This document shows positions 9,322-19,365 of a DNA stretch of 64,000 nucleotides, one piece after another. Numbering within the stretch: position 1 is the stretch's first letter; each line of letters begins with the position of its first letter. The position numbers were made by a program, and so were the translations under genes. This DNA comes from an uncultured bacterium (GTDB lineage Bacteria > Actinomycetota > Geothermincolia > Geothermincolales > Geothermincolaceae), in NCBI GenBank assembly GCA_963814495.1, contig CAWFDJ010000016.1:28106-92105 (forward strand), in the 5' to 3' direction. Below the pieces are notes generated by a model. That model saw only the letters and a list, made by a program, of their open reading frames with translations. It ran no database searches and was not told where the DNA came from.

Positions 9322-10178
9322 TCAACCTCCCAGGGACTTCTTCTTGCTGTAGTACTTGGCCAGGCGCCGCGCCCCGAAGTTGACCAGCAGGATCAGGACG
9401 AGCAGCAGCGCCGCCTCCCCGCTGATGAACTCGCGGGTGTTGTCGATGAGGGACTCGGTCTGCGTGTAGTAGATGTTGGCGGCCATGGGGGCGGCGGGGT
9501 CGAAGGGACTCACCGGCAGGAAGCGCACGAACATGCCCACGGTGTAGATGATGGCCGCCGACTCCCCCATGATGCGGCCGATGGGCAGGATGGTGCCGGT
9601 GATGACGGCCGGCATGGCCGTGGGCAGCACCACCTGCTTGACGGTGGTCCAGCGGCTGGCCCCCAGGCTCATGGAGGCCTCCCGGTAGGTGCGCGGCACC
9701 TGGCGAAGGGCTTCCTCGGTGGAGCGCAGCAGCACCGGCATGTTCAAGAGGGCCAGGGTGCAGGCCCCGGCCAGCAGGCAGATGTTCCAGCGGAAGTTGA
9801 TGACGAACAGGGTCATGCCGAAGATGCCGAAGACGATGGAGGGCAGGGTGCCCAGGCTGTCCAGGCTGAAGCGGATGAAGTTGGTGACCTTCCCCTCCTT
9901 GGCGAACTCCGCCATGTAGATGGCCGCCCCCAGGGAGATGGGGAGGGAGATGAGCCAGGGTCAAGCCCCAGCAGGTAGAGGGTGGAGACGATCATGGGGA
10001 AGATGCCGCCCCCGTCGCCCCGCACGTTGGGCTTGCCGAAGAGGAAGGACGGCTTGAACAGCATGGCCGCCCCGCGCCAGAACACCGACAGGACGATGGC
10101 GAGCAGGACGGCCAGGCCGATCAGGCCGATGGCCCAGAAGACGACGGTGGCGACGCGGTCGGCCCGCTTGGCTTTCAC
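9322..10178 (-). CDS. pstA: Phosphate ABC transporter permease PstA, copy 1 (frameshift near 9900)
   Basis: Two ORF pieces (9813..10178 N-term, 9322..9915 C-term) with PstA-type TM permease sequence ending ..[15 protein letters not shown]. Confidence 0.8.
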
Positions 10179-11029
10179 CGGGTGCCCCCCTTCTCCCGCC
10201 CCACCAGGCGCACCACCATCACCAGCAGCATGGCCAGCACCAGCAGCACCAGGGCCTGGAAGAAGAGGGCGGAACGGTGCACCCCGGTGGCCTCGCCCAT
10301 CTCGGTGACGATGCGCGAGGGGATGGTGGAGGTGTTGGCGAAGAGCGAGTAGGTCAGCTGCTTGGAGTTGCCGATGACCATCTGCACCGCCATGGTCTCG
10401 CCGATGGCCCGCCCCATGCCCAGGACCACCGCCACGATGATGCCCTTGCGGCCGGCGGGCAGCAGCACCCTGCGGATGGTCTGCCAGCGCGTGGCCCCCA
10501 TGGAGAGGGAGGCCTCCTTCAGCTCGATGGGCAGGTTGTGCAGGGTCTCGGCGGACAGCGCGGTGATGGTGGGCAGCACCATGATGGCCAGCACGATGGA
10601 GGCCGCCATGATGCCGTAGCCCCCGGTGCCGGTCAGCTCGGCCAGCCAGGGCACCAGCACCACCATGCCCAGCCAGCCGATGATCACCGAGGGGATGCCC
10701 GCCAGCATCTCCACCCCCCGCCGGATGACGTCGCCTACCTGTTTCGGGGCGATCTGGTCGATGAAGATGGCGGTGCCGATGCCCAGCGGGGCGCCCAGCA
10801 GCAGGCCGCCCAGGGTGGTGAGGATGGAGCCGTTGAGGAAGGCCAGGAAGCCGTACTGCCCGGCGTCGGGGTTCCAGTTGGTGGAGAAGAGGTTGGACAG
10901 CCCGGCCTCGGTGATGGCGGGGAGGCTCTCCTTGAAGATGAACAGGATGATCAGGACGATGCCCAGCACCGAGAAGGAGGCGCAGGTGAACATGACGTAC
11001 TTGACCAGGCCTTCGCGCTGTTGCTTCAT
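10175..11029 (-). CDS. pstC: Phosphate ABC transporter permease PstC, copy 1
   Basis: Intact 284-aa ORF, multi-TM, EAA-like loop ..EASLSMGATRWQTIRRVLLP..; overlaps pstA start. Confidence 0.85.
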   Translation of the reverse strand: MKQQREGLVKYVMFTCASFSVLGIVLIILFIFKESLPAITEAGLSNLFSTNWNPDAGQYGFLAFLNGSILTTLGGLLLGAPLGIGTAIFIDQIAPKQVGDVIRRGVEMLAGIPSVIIGWLGMVVLVPWLAELTGTGGYGIMAASIVLAIMVLPTITALSAETLHNLPIELKEASLSMGATRWQTIRRVLLPAGRKGIIVAVVLGMGRAIGETMAVQMVIGNSKQLTYSLFANTSTIPSRIVTEMGEATGVHRSALFFQALVLLVLAMLLVMVVRLVGREKGGTR

Positions 11030-11039
11030 GCCTCCCGCC

Positions 11040-11913
11040 TCACCGTCCCCATATCTCCACCGGCAGGTCGGTGACCGGGATGTATTCCTGGGCCACCACC
11101 TCCTGCTGGAAACCCTCGCTCAGGATGAAGTCCAGGTAGTCCCGGGTACGGCCCTCCGGCTCGCCTGAGGTGAACATGTGCAGGTACCTGGCCAGCGGGT
11201 AGGTCCCGTTTATGGCCGGCTCCACCTCGGGCGGCACGCCGTCGTACCTCGACGGCCTTGACCGACGTCGTTGACGTAGCCGTAGGAGACGTAACCGACG
11301 GCGTTGGGGGTGGCGCCCACCGTCTCGCGCACGATGCCGTTGGAGTTGCACTCGATGGCCGAGTCGATGCAGGGCTGCTTGCCCAGGGCCTTCTCGTCGA
11401 ACATCTGGCGCGTGCCCGAAGCCTGGTCCCGCACCACCACCACGATGGGCTTGTCCTCCCCGCCCACCTCCGACCAGTTGGTGACGGCCCCGGTGAAGAT
11501 GCCCCTGACCTGGTCCTTGCTCAGGTCGTCGACAGGGTTGCCGGGATGGACCACGATGGCGATGATGTCCAGGGCTATCTTGAAGTCCACGAAGGTGCCG
11601 TCGTCCTCTCCCGGCTTCAGCTCGCGCGAGGTGCAGGCGATGCTGACGATGCCCTGCTTGAGCTGGGCCACGCCCACGCTGGACCCCCCGCCCTGCACCA
11701 TCACCCTCTCCCCCGGTTGGCTCCTCCATGAACAGGTCGGCCCCTTCCTGGGCGATGGGGAGCACGGTGGTGGAGCCGGAGACCCGCACCATGTTCTTGC
11801 GCATGATGTCGCAGCCTGAAGGGACGATCAGCAACGCCGCCGCCGCCAGCAGCAGCGGCCGCGGCGGGCAGGGCGCGCGCGGCCCGGGAACGCCTGACGT
11901 CTACCTTCCTCAA
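11040..11913 (-). CDS. pstS: Phosphate-binding lipoprotein PstS, copy 1 (at least 2 frameshifts; TTG start)
   Basis: Signal/lipobox ..LLIVPSGC.., VSGSTTVLPIAQE, GGGSSVGVAQLKQG.., C-terminal ..YPLARYLHMFTSGEPEGRTRDYLDFILSEGFQQEVVAQEYIPV in successive frames. Confidence 0.7.
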
Positions 11914-11957
11914 GTCAACTCCGATCGACCTTGGTGTGATGGTTCGATTAAAACAAG

Positions 11958-12002
11958 CCAGGTTTAAGCCTGGTTAAAGAGAAGGTTAAGGTTTGGTAAA
12001 GA
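11958..12002 (-). promoter_or_regulatory. PHO-box-like array: 3-4 direct repeats with 11-nt period (minus-strand units CTTTACCAAAC / CTTAACCTTCT / CTTTAACCAGG) upstream of pstS copy 1
   Basis: Read directly from sequence; 11-nt direct-repeat units are the known architecture of PhoP/RegX3 sites in actinobacteria; a similar array lies upstream of pstS copy 2. Confidence 0.4.
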
Positions 12003-12009
12003 CATGGGT

Positions 12010-12687
12010 TCAGTGGTGCTGGTCGTCGTCCTGGACGGAGCCGGTGACCAGGAAGCGCACGTGCTCGCCGATGTCCACGGCGTGGTCGGCGATGCGCTCC
12101 ACGAAGCGGGAGATCATCACCACCCGGATGACCGTCTCCAGGTCCTCGCAGCTCTCCTGGTTGAAGCCGGTGAAGAAGGCCCGGTTGATGTCGTCCACCT
12201 TCTCGTCCATCACGGATAGCTCGTCGGAGATGGCCAGGTCCTTGGCCTTGAAGGCCTCCATGGCGCGGGCCAGGATCTCCGAGGCGATGCGGAACATCTC
12301 GTCCATGTTCTCCCTGATCCAGGGGGAGAGGGTGCGGCCTTCCAGGTTCTTGATGGCCTTGGAGATGTTGACGCAGAGGTCGGCCACCCGCTCCAGGTGC
12401 TGGGCCAGCCGCATGATCACGATGATGTTGCGCAGGTCGATGGCGACCGGGGCCTGGCGGGCGATGAGCTCGAAGCCGTTCTCCTCCACCCGCTCGCGGT
12501 AGTCGTCGACTATGTCGTCGGAGGCGATGATGCGCCCGGCCGCGGCGATGTCCAGGGCGGCGAAGGCCTGGCGGGTCTCCTCGATCATCTCCAGGCAGCG
12601 GTTGGACATGCGCAGCAGGTCCAGGTAGAGCTCGTCCAGCTGCTGGTGGAAGGTCCTGCGGACGTCCGTCTTCATGTTTGTCGTCAT
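12010..12687 (-). CDS. phoU: Phosphate uptake regulator PhoU, copy 2 (intact)
   Basis: 225-aa uninterrupted [25 protein letters not shown]...VQDDDQHH*; two PhoU repeats. Confidence 0.85.
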   Translation of the reverse strand: MTTNMKTDVRRTFHQQLDELYLDLLRMSNRCLEMIEETRQAFAALDIAAAGRIIASDDIVDDYRERVEENGFELIARQAPVAIDLRNIIVIMRLAQHLERVADLCVNISKAIKNLEGRTLSPWIRENMDEMFRIASEILARAMEAFKAKDLAISDELSVMDEKVDDINRAFFTGFNQESCEDLETVIRVVMISRFVERIADHAVDIGEHVRFLVTGSVQDDDQHH

Positions 12688-12722
12688 TCTCCATCTACTC
12701 TCCCTCCATCCATGTCTCCGTT

Positions 12723-13486
12723 CTAGCCGAAACGCCCGGTGATATAGCGCTCGGTGCGCTCGTCCCGCGGGTTGGTGAAGATGCTCTCGGTGGCGCCGCA
12801 CTCCACCAGCCGTCCCGGTTCCCCCTGGTCCTCGATCATCAGGAAGGCGGTGTAGTCGCTGGCCCGCGCCGCCTGCTGCATGTTGTGGGTGACGATGACG
12901 ATGGTGTAGCTCTCCTTCAGCTCCTCCAGCAGGTCCTCGATGCGCTGGGTGGCGATGGGGTCCAGGGCCGAGCAGGGCTCGTCCAGCAGGATCACCTCCG
13001 GCTGGATGGCCAGCACCCGGGCGATGCACAACCGCTGCTGCTGCCCGCCGGAGAGCTCCAGGGCGGAGTTCTTCAGCTTGTCCTTCACCTCGTCCCACAG
13101 GGCGGCCCGCTTGAGGCTCCGCTCCGCCAGGCCGTCCAGTTCGTCCTTGCCCTTGACGCCGTCCACCCGCAGGCCGTAGACCACGTTCTCGTAGATGCTC
13201 TTGGGGAAGGGGTTGGGCCGCTGGAAGACCATGCCCACCCGCCGGCGCAGGTCGATGACGTCGTAGTCCGGGGAGACGATGTCGCTCGCCGTCCATCAGC
13301 ACCTCGCCCTCCACCCGGCACCCCTCCACCAGGTCGTTCATGCGGTTGAGGCAGCGCAGCAGGGAGCTCTTGCCGCAGCCGGAGGGGCCGATGAGCGAGG
13401 TGATGCGGCGGCAGGGGATGTCCAGGTCGGATGTCCTCGAGCACCTTGAAGTCCCCGTAGTACATGTTCAGGCCGTTTATCTTCAT
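12723..13486 (-). CDS. pstB: PstB, copy 2 (frameshift near 13240)
   Basis: [19 protein letters not shown].. N-terminus, [26 protein letters not shown], ..[13 protein letters not shown]-terminus; protein is divergent from copy 1. Confidence 0.8.
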
Positions 13487-13493
13487 CTTGTGG

Positions 13494-14373
13494 TCAGGCT
13501 CTTGCACCGGTCTCACCGATACCTTTCTTCTTCTGGTAATATTTACCAAGCGCCCGGGCCGAGAAGTTGATGATCAGCACCATCAGCAGGAGGAAGGCGG
13601 CGCTTCCGCTCACCACCCTCGGATAGTCGGGGATGATCGCCTCCGACTGGGTGTACCAGATGTTCGAGGCCAGGGGCGCGGCGTTGCTGAAGGGGTTGAA
13701 GGAGGGGACCTTGCGGGTGATGAGCATCATCACGTAGATGAGCGAGGCCGACTCGCCCATGATCCTGCCCACGGTGAGCACGGTGCCGGCCAGGATGCCG
13801 GGCATGGCCGAGGGCAGCACCACCTGGCGGACGGTGTACCAGCGGCCGGCCCCCAGGCTGTGCGAGGCCTCGCGGTAGGTGTGGGGCACGCTGAGCATGG
13901 CCTCCTCCGCGCTGCGCATGAGCACCGGCAGGTTGAGCAGGGCCAGGGTGCAGGCCCCGGCCAGCAGGCAGGTCCCCCACCCCAGGTACATGGAGAAGAG
14001 GACCATGCCGAAGAGGCCGAAGACGATGGAGGGCAGGGAGGCCAGGCTGTCCGCGCAGAAGCGGACGAACCCGGTGAGCCTGCTCCCCTTGCGCGAGAAC
14101 TCCGCCAGGTAGATGGCCGCCCCCAGGGAGATGCGGCAGGACGATGACCAGGGTCCAGACCGCCAGGTAGACCGAGGAGACGATCATGGGGAAGATGCCT
14201 CCCCCCTCCCGCATGGCCTCCGGCTTCCCCAGGAAGAACGAGGGCTTGAGGGCGGTGGCCAGCCCCTGGGCGAAGATCTCCCCCAGGATGTAGAGGAGGA
14301 TGCCCATGGACAGCAGCCCCACCGCCCAGAAGGCGGCGGTGGCGGCGCGGTCGGTGGTCCGCTTGTCGATCAT
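13494..14373 (-). CDS. pstA: PstA, copy 2 (frameshift near 14000)
   Basis: MIDKRTTDRAATAAFWAVGLL.. N-terminus, C-terminal half in ORF 13494..14006 ..ARALGKYYQKKKG.. Confidence 0.8.
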
Positions 14374-15234
14374 CGTCCCTTCCTCTCCCTGGTCACCAGC
14401 TTCATGCCCAGGATGATCAGCATGGCCAGCAGCAGCAGCACCAGCCCCTGGGCGAAGAGGGCCGAGCGGAACAGCCCGGAGGACTCCCCCATGTCGGTGA
14501 TGATGCGCGAGGGGATGGTGCTGGTGCGCTGGAAGGGGCCCCAGGCGATCTGGCGGGCGTTGCCGATGACCATCTGCACCGCCATGGTCTCCCCGATGGC
14601 CCGCCCCATCCCCAGGACCACCGCCACCAGGATGCCCCGGCGCGCCGCCGGCAGCAGCACCCGGTAGATGGTCTGCCAGCGCGTGGCCCCCACGGCCAGG
14701 CTGGCCTCGCGGTGCTCGCGCGGCAGGGCCCGCAAGCGCCTCCACCGAGAGGAAGGTGACGGTGGGCAGGATCATCACCCCCAGGACCAGGCTGGCCGCC
14801 AGGATGCCGTCGCCGCCCGTGCCCGATATCCTGGCCAGGAAGGGCACCAGCCGGGTCATCCCGAACAGCCCGATGACCACCGAGGGGATGCCGGCCAGCA
14901 GCTCGACGCCGCGGCTGATCACCCTGCCCATGGACCGGGGGGCCACCTGGTCGATGAAGACGGCGGTGCCCACCCCCAGGGGCGCGCCGATGAGCACTCC
15001 TCCCAGGGTGGTCATGACCGTGCCGTTGAGGAAGGCCAGCATGCCGTACTTGCCGGCGGCCGGGTCGGAGACGTTGGGGGCCCATTCCAGGCCGAAGAGG
15101 TTGGCCGGGCCCAGTTCCCGGAAGGCCGGCAGGCTCTCCTTGAGGATGAAGAAGAAGATGAGCGCGATGCCCAGGAAGCTCGCGAAGGAACAGGCCAGCA
15201 TGATCCACTTGGCGAAGCCGTCGGTCTTCTTCAT
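14370..15234 (-). CDS. pstC: PstC, copy 2 (frameshift near 14700)
   Basis: MKKTDGFAKWIMLACSFASFLGIALIFFFILKESLPAF.. then ..EASLAVGATRWQTIYRVLLPAARRG.. ending ..RERKGR*. Confidence 0.8.
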
Positions 15235-15362
15235 CTCGCGCCCTCGGTCTCTTCAACCGTGAAGAGGGGGGATACGGGAAGGCCGAGCCTTCCCGTATCC
15301 GGCGGCCGGCCGGTCGATCGGAAGGTGGCCGGCCGCGTGAAGCGTTTTGCTCACGACGCCCT

Positions 15363-16246
15363 TCACTGCGCCTGCTTTATCGGTATGTACTCCGTGGCCA
15401 CCACTTCGTCCTGGAACCCGTCGGACAGGACGTAATCGATATAACCCTTGGCCGCCCCCTCGGCCGCCCCCTTGGTGACCAGGTACAGGTAGCGGGAGAG
15501 GGTGTAGCTCTTGTCCTTGGCGGTCTGCACCGACGGAGCGACCCCGTTGTACTTGAGGACCTTGACCTTGTCGTTGACGTAGCCGGAGGACAGGTAGCCG
15601 ATGGCTCCCGGCTTGGAGGCCACGGTCTCGCGCACGATGCCGTTGGAGTTGCACTCGATGGCCGAGGCCGTCGGTTCCACCGGCGCGTCCTTCTTGCTCC
15701 CCATGGCCTTCTCGTCGAACATCTCGCGGGTGCCCGAGGCCTGGTCCCGCACCACCACGATGATCTCGGCGTCGGCGCCGCCCACGTCCTTCCAGTTGGT
15801 GATCCTGCCGGTGAAGATGTCCCTGACCTGTTCGGTGGTGAGGCCGTCCACGCTGACCTTGGGGTTGACCACGATGTCGATGACGTCCAGGGCGATCTTC
15901 ACCGGCACCAGGGACCCGTCGGCGTTCTCCTCCTGCTTGATGTCGCGGGAGCTCATGCCGATGTCCACCACGCCCTCCTTGACCTGGGTGATGCCCACGC
16001 TGGAGCCGCCTCCCTGCACCTCCACCAGCGCGTCGGGGTTGGCGTCCATGAACATGGCCGCCGCCTCCTGCGCCAGGGGCAGCACCGTGGTGGAGCCGGA
16101 GACCTTGACGGTCCCGGAGTACCCGGAACCCGATCGGAGCTCCCGCTGCCGCCGCACCCCGCGAAGGCCAGCGCCGACGCCAGCAGCAGGACCAGGCAGG
16201 CGCTTCCCAGAAAGCCCGCGGTTCTCGTTACCTTGCCCGTTCTCAT
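15363..16246 (-). CDS. pstS: PstS, copy 2 (frameshift near 16150)
   Basis: Signal + lipobox ..ALAFAGCGG.., then VSGSTTVLPLAQEAAAMFMDANPD..GGGSSVGITQVKEG.. PstS family. Confidence 0.75.
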
Positions 16247-16330
16247 TCCTTCTCCTTTCCTCGATGCGTACTCAGTTCCAACCCTCATTGAAACAGCGGC
16301 ATCTTGAGAACGGGTTTTCTCCAGGGAAAA

Positions 16331-16365
16331 CTTGGGTAAGGACCAGGTTAATTTCGGGTTAAACG
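16331..16365 (-). promoter_or_regulatory. PHO-box-like direct repeats (minus-strand TTAACCCGAAA / TTAACCTGGTC / CTTACCCAAGT) upstream of pstS copy 2
   Basis: Three 11-nt units read directly from sequence, about 90 nt upstream of the pstS2 start. Confidence 0.4.
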
Positions 16366-16377
16366 CCCGCGGCGATG

Positions 16378-16403
16378 CGGGTCAGGTCTGAGACCTGGCC
16401 CCG
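16378..16403 (-). terminator. Palindromic hairpin GGGTCAGGTCTGAGACCTGGCCCC immediately 3' of the histidine kinase gene
   Basis: Near-perfect inverted repeat read from sequence, 9 nt after the kinase stop; same motif family as 7735..7844. Confidence 0.45.
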
Positions 16404-16411
16404 ATCTTGAA

Positions 16412-17780
16412 TCATTCGGCGCGCAGGGGCAGGGTGATGGTGAAGGTGGAGCCGGCGCCCTCCGTGCTGGTCAGGCCCACCGAGCCGCCGTGCAGCTCGG
16501 CCACGTGCTTGACGATGGACAGCCCCAGGCCGGTGCCGCCGGTCTCCCGGGAGCGGGCCTGGTCCACCCGGTAGAAGCGCTCGAAGACCCTCTCCCGGTC
16601 CTTGGCGGGGATGCCGATGCCGTCGTCGGTGACCGCTATCCGGACCTGCTCGTCGCCGGCCTCGGCGGTGATCTCCACCTTGCCGCCGGGGCGGTTGTAC
16701 TTGACCGCGTTGTCCAGCAGGTTGGCGCAGGCCGTCTTGATCAGGGCGCGGTCCCCGCGCATCAACGGGCCCTTGCCCGCGTGGTCGAAGGCCACCTCCA
16801 CCTCGTACCGCTCCGCCATCAGCCGCTTCTCCTCCAGCACCTGCCCGATCAGCTCGTCCAGGGAGAAGTAGTCGTACTGCGGGGCCAGTTCCGCCGCCTC
16901 CAGGCGGGACAGCGTCAGGAGGTCCTCCACCAGGCCGGCCAGCCGGCCCGACTCCTCGTAGATGTCGGAAAGGAAACGGCGGGCCCGCTCCCGGTCCTCG
17001 AGCGCCCCCGCCTGCAGGGCCTCCACCACCGCCCGCAGGTTGGCCACCGGGGTGCGCAGTTCGTGGGAGACGTTGGCCACGAAGTCGCGGCGCATCCGCT
17101 CCACCCCGCGGGTGGCGGTGAGGTCCTCGAGCACGCAGACCACCCAGCCGACCTCGCGCTCCACCCCGCGGATGGGGCTGGTGCGGACCCGCAGGATCCG
17201 CTTGCGCGGCACGGTTATCTCCACTTCCGCCTCGGCGTCCTCCCCGTAGCGGCTCGCCTCCACCGCCCTGTCGATGGCGGAGGACGGGTGGATCTCCACC
17301 AGCGAACGCCCCAGGGCGAAGGCGCGGGAGGCTCCGAGGATCCGCTCGGCCGCGTGATTGATCAACTCCACCTTCCCGTCCACGCCCAGCACCAGGATGC
17401 CGGCGTTGACGTTCTCCAGGATGGTCTCCAGCTTCTCCTTCTCGCCGCGCAGCAATCCGTACTGCTCCTTGACCCGGGAGCCGATGGCGTCCAGGTCCAG
17501 GGCCAGCCCCTGCAGGTCGGAGAGGTGGGGTTGGGGCATGGCCTCCAGTCCCCTGCTCCAGCACCACCTGCCCGGCCGCCTCGCCCATCTCCTTCAGGTC
17601 GGAGGCGAGGGTCCGCTCGATCCACGCCGTCACCACCAGCAGGATCACCACCAGCAGGACCGCGGTGATCAGCAGGTCCACCCAGGCCGGCAGGATGACG
17701 TGCATCAGGGCCGCCAGGACCAGGGCCAGGAACAGCGCCAGCGCGAAGCGGAAGAACAGCAGCCGCTTGAGGCTCTGCAC
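16412..17780 (-). CDS. Sensor histidine kinase, PhoR/SenX3-like (2 TM, PAS, HisKA, HATPase_c); frameshift near 17540
   Basis: ..NVSHELRTPVANL.. H-box, ..NLLDNAVKY.. N-box, ..DDGIGIP.. and ..GGTGLGLSIVKHV.. G-boxes; PAS-like region upstream. Confidence 0.8.
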
Positions 17781-17783
17781 GGC

Positions 17784-18479
17784 CTACCCCTCCCCCGGTT
17801 CGTCCAGCTTGTACCCCACTCCCCGCACCGTCACGATGTAGCGGGGGTGGGCGGGGTCGCGCTCGATCTTCTCCCGCAGGTGGCGGATGTGCACGTCCAG
17901 GGTCTTGGTGGGGCCGTAGAACCCCCCTCCCCAGACCTGGGTGATGAAGTACTCGCGGGGCAGGGCCTTGCGGGGGTGGCGCAGCAGCAGCTCCAGGATG
18001 CCGTATTCCAGTGGGGTCAGGTTGAGGGCCCTCCCCCCGAACGACGCCTCGTGGCTCTCGGCGTCCAGGGCGATCTCGCCCCATTCGAGGCGCGCCGCCG
18101 CGGCCTCCCGGGGCGGCGCCCCGGTGCGGCGCAGCACCGCCTTGATGCGCGCGATCAGCTCACGCGTGTTGAAGGGCTTGGTCACGTAGTCGTCCGCCCC
18201 CAGTTCCAGGCCCAGCACCTTGTCCAGGTCGGAGTCCTTGGCGGTGAGCATGAGGATGGGGACGGATGAATCCTGCCGCACGCGCCGGCAGACCTCCAGG
18301 CCGTCCATGCCCGGGAGCATCAGGTCGAGCAGGATAAGGTCGGCCCCTGAGGCCTGGAACGCGGCGAGGCCCGCCGGTCCGTCAAAGGCGGTCTCCACCC
18401 CGTAGCCCTCCCTCTCCAGGGAGTAGGCCAGGGCTTCCGCCAGGGGGCGCTCGTCCTCCACTATCAGTATCTTCTTCAT
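17784..18479 (-). CDS. OmpR/PhoB-family response regulator (PhoP/RegX3-like)
   Basis: MKKILIVEDERPLAEALAYSLEREGY.. receiver with ILLDLMLPGMDG, winged-helix C-terminus ..YIVTVRGVGYKL..; 4-nt gap to the kinase gene. Confidence 0.85.
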   Translation of the reverse strand: MKKILIVEDERPLAEALAYSLEREGYGVETAFDGPAGLAAFQASGADLILLDLMLPGMDGLEVCRRVRQDSSVPILMLTAKDSDLDKVLGLELGADDYVTKPFNTRELIARIKAVLRRTGAPPREAAAARLEWGEIALDAESHEASFGGRALNLTPLEYGILELLLRHPRKALPREYFITQVWGGGFYGPTKTLDVHIRHLREKIERDPAHPRYIVTVRGVGYKLDEPGEG

Positions 18480-18609
18480 GTTGCCACCTGAGATATTTAT
18501 AACACAGCCTTACAGGGAAACCCATATTGTACGATGAAACATCTAAAGATAGAATGTCTAAGTGTTACGGCCCCCGGTACGGCCCCCGAGGAGATGAAAG
18601 AGGTTGAAG

Positions 18610-19365
18610 ATGTTGAAGACCGGAAGGTATTTCGCGATCGCGTTCGTCGCGGCGCTGCTGGCCCTGCTCTGCCTGGGCGGCATCGCCCTGGCCCAGGATA
18701 CGCCGCCGGAGGAGCAGCCGCCGGCGACCGGCACCACCACCCCCGAGACCCAGACGCCTACCCAGACGGAGCAGACCCCCCTGATGGTCTACTTCTTCAA
18801 GGACGGGGAACTGGTGGGGGTGGCCCGGGAGATCCCCGGCGGCGGGCAGATGGTGGAGTTCACCGTCAACGACCTGCTCAAGGGGCCCAGCGAGGAGGAG
18901 AAGGCCGAGGGCTTCACCACTTACCTCCCCGAGGGGCTCAAGCTGCTCTACTCGACCAAGAGCATGACCGGCAACGCTTTCTCGGTCAACCTCTCCAGCG
19001 AGCTGATGTCCCTGAAGGACACGCCCGAGCAGGCCAAGATGGCCATGCAGCAGCTGGTCCAGACCCTGAAGGAGGCGGCCCACACCGAGGAGATCAAGGT
19101 GACGGTGGACGTCGACGAAGCCAACCGCGGGGCCGACGCCTTCGAGGCCCTGGGGGTGAGCTCCAAGGACGTGGGGGTCGGCGCTTCCTCGAGCAGCGGG
19201 GAGGAGAGCAACCTCCTCTGGCTCTGGATCCTGATCATCCTGGGCGTGACCCTGGTGATCCTGGCGGTCCTCGTTCCCATGTATTTCTCCAACCGCAAGG
19301 CCGAGGCCACCCTGGAGCAGGAGATCGAGGAAGACAAGGCCAAGCGCGATGCCAAGAAGAAATAG
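18610..19365 (+). CDS. Secreted GerMN-domain protein (LpqB-like module) with C-terminal TM anchor
   Basis: Signal peptide, T/P/Q-rich linker, then LMVYFFKDGELVGVAREIPGG..NDLLKGPSEEEKAEGFTTYLPEGLKLL..AFSVNLSSEL..AMQQLVQTLKEA..IKVTVDVD matching the GerMN domain; C-terminal hydrophobic helix + KR-rich tail. Confidence 0.65.
   Translation: MLKTGRYFAIAFVAALLALLCLGGIALAQDTPPEEQPPATGTTTPETQTPTQTEQTPLMVYFFKDGELVGVAREIPGGGQMVEFTVNDLLKGPSEEEKAEGFTTYLPEGLKLLYSTKSMTGNAFSVNLSSELMSLKDTPEQAKMAMQQLVQTLKEAAHTEEIKVTVDVDEANRGADAFEALGVSSKDVGVGASSSSGEESNLLWLWILIILGVTLVILAVLVPMYFSNRKAEATLEQEIEEDKAKRDAKKK

Noticed and set aside
11958-12002. Direct repeats as a possible mini CRISPR array
   Set aside because: Units are 11 nt with no spacers and no cas genes are present. 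The architecture matches transcription-factor direct-repeat operators, not CRISPR.
7503-16246. Possibility that the two pst operons are an assembly duplication
   Set aside because: PstS, PstC, PstA and PstB copies are clearly divergent at the protein level (e.g. [19 protein letters not shown].. vs [13 protein letters not shown]..). Only the phoU segment is near-identical, so the operons are true paralogues with a local conversion or duplication.
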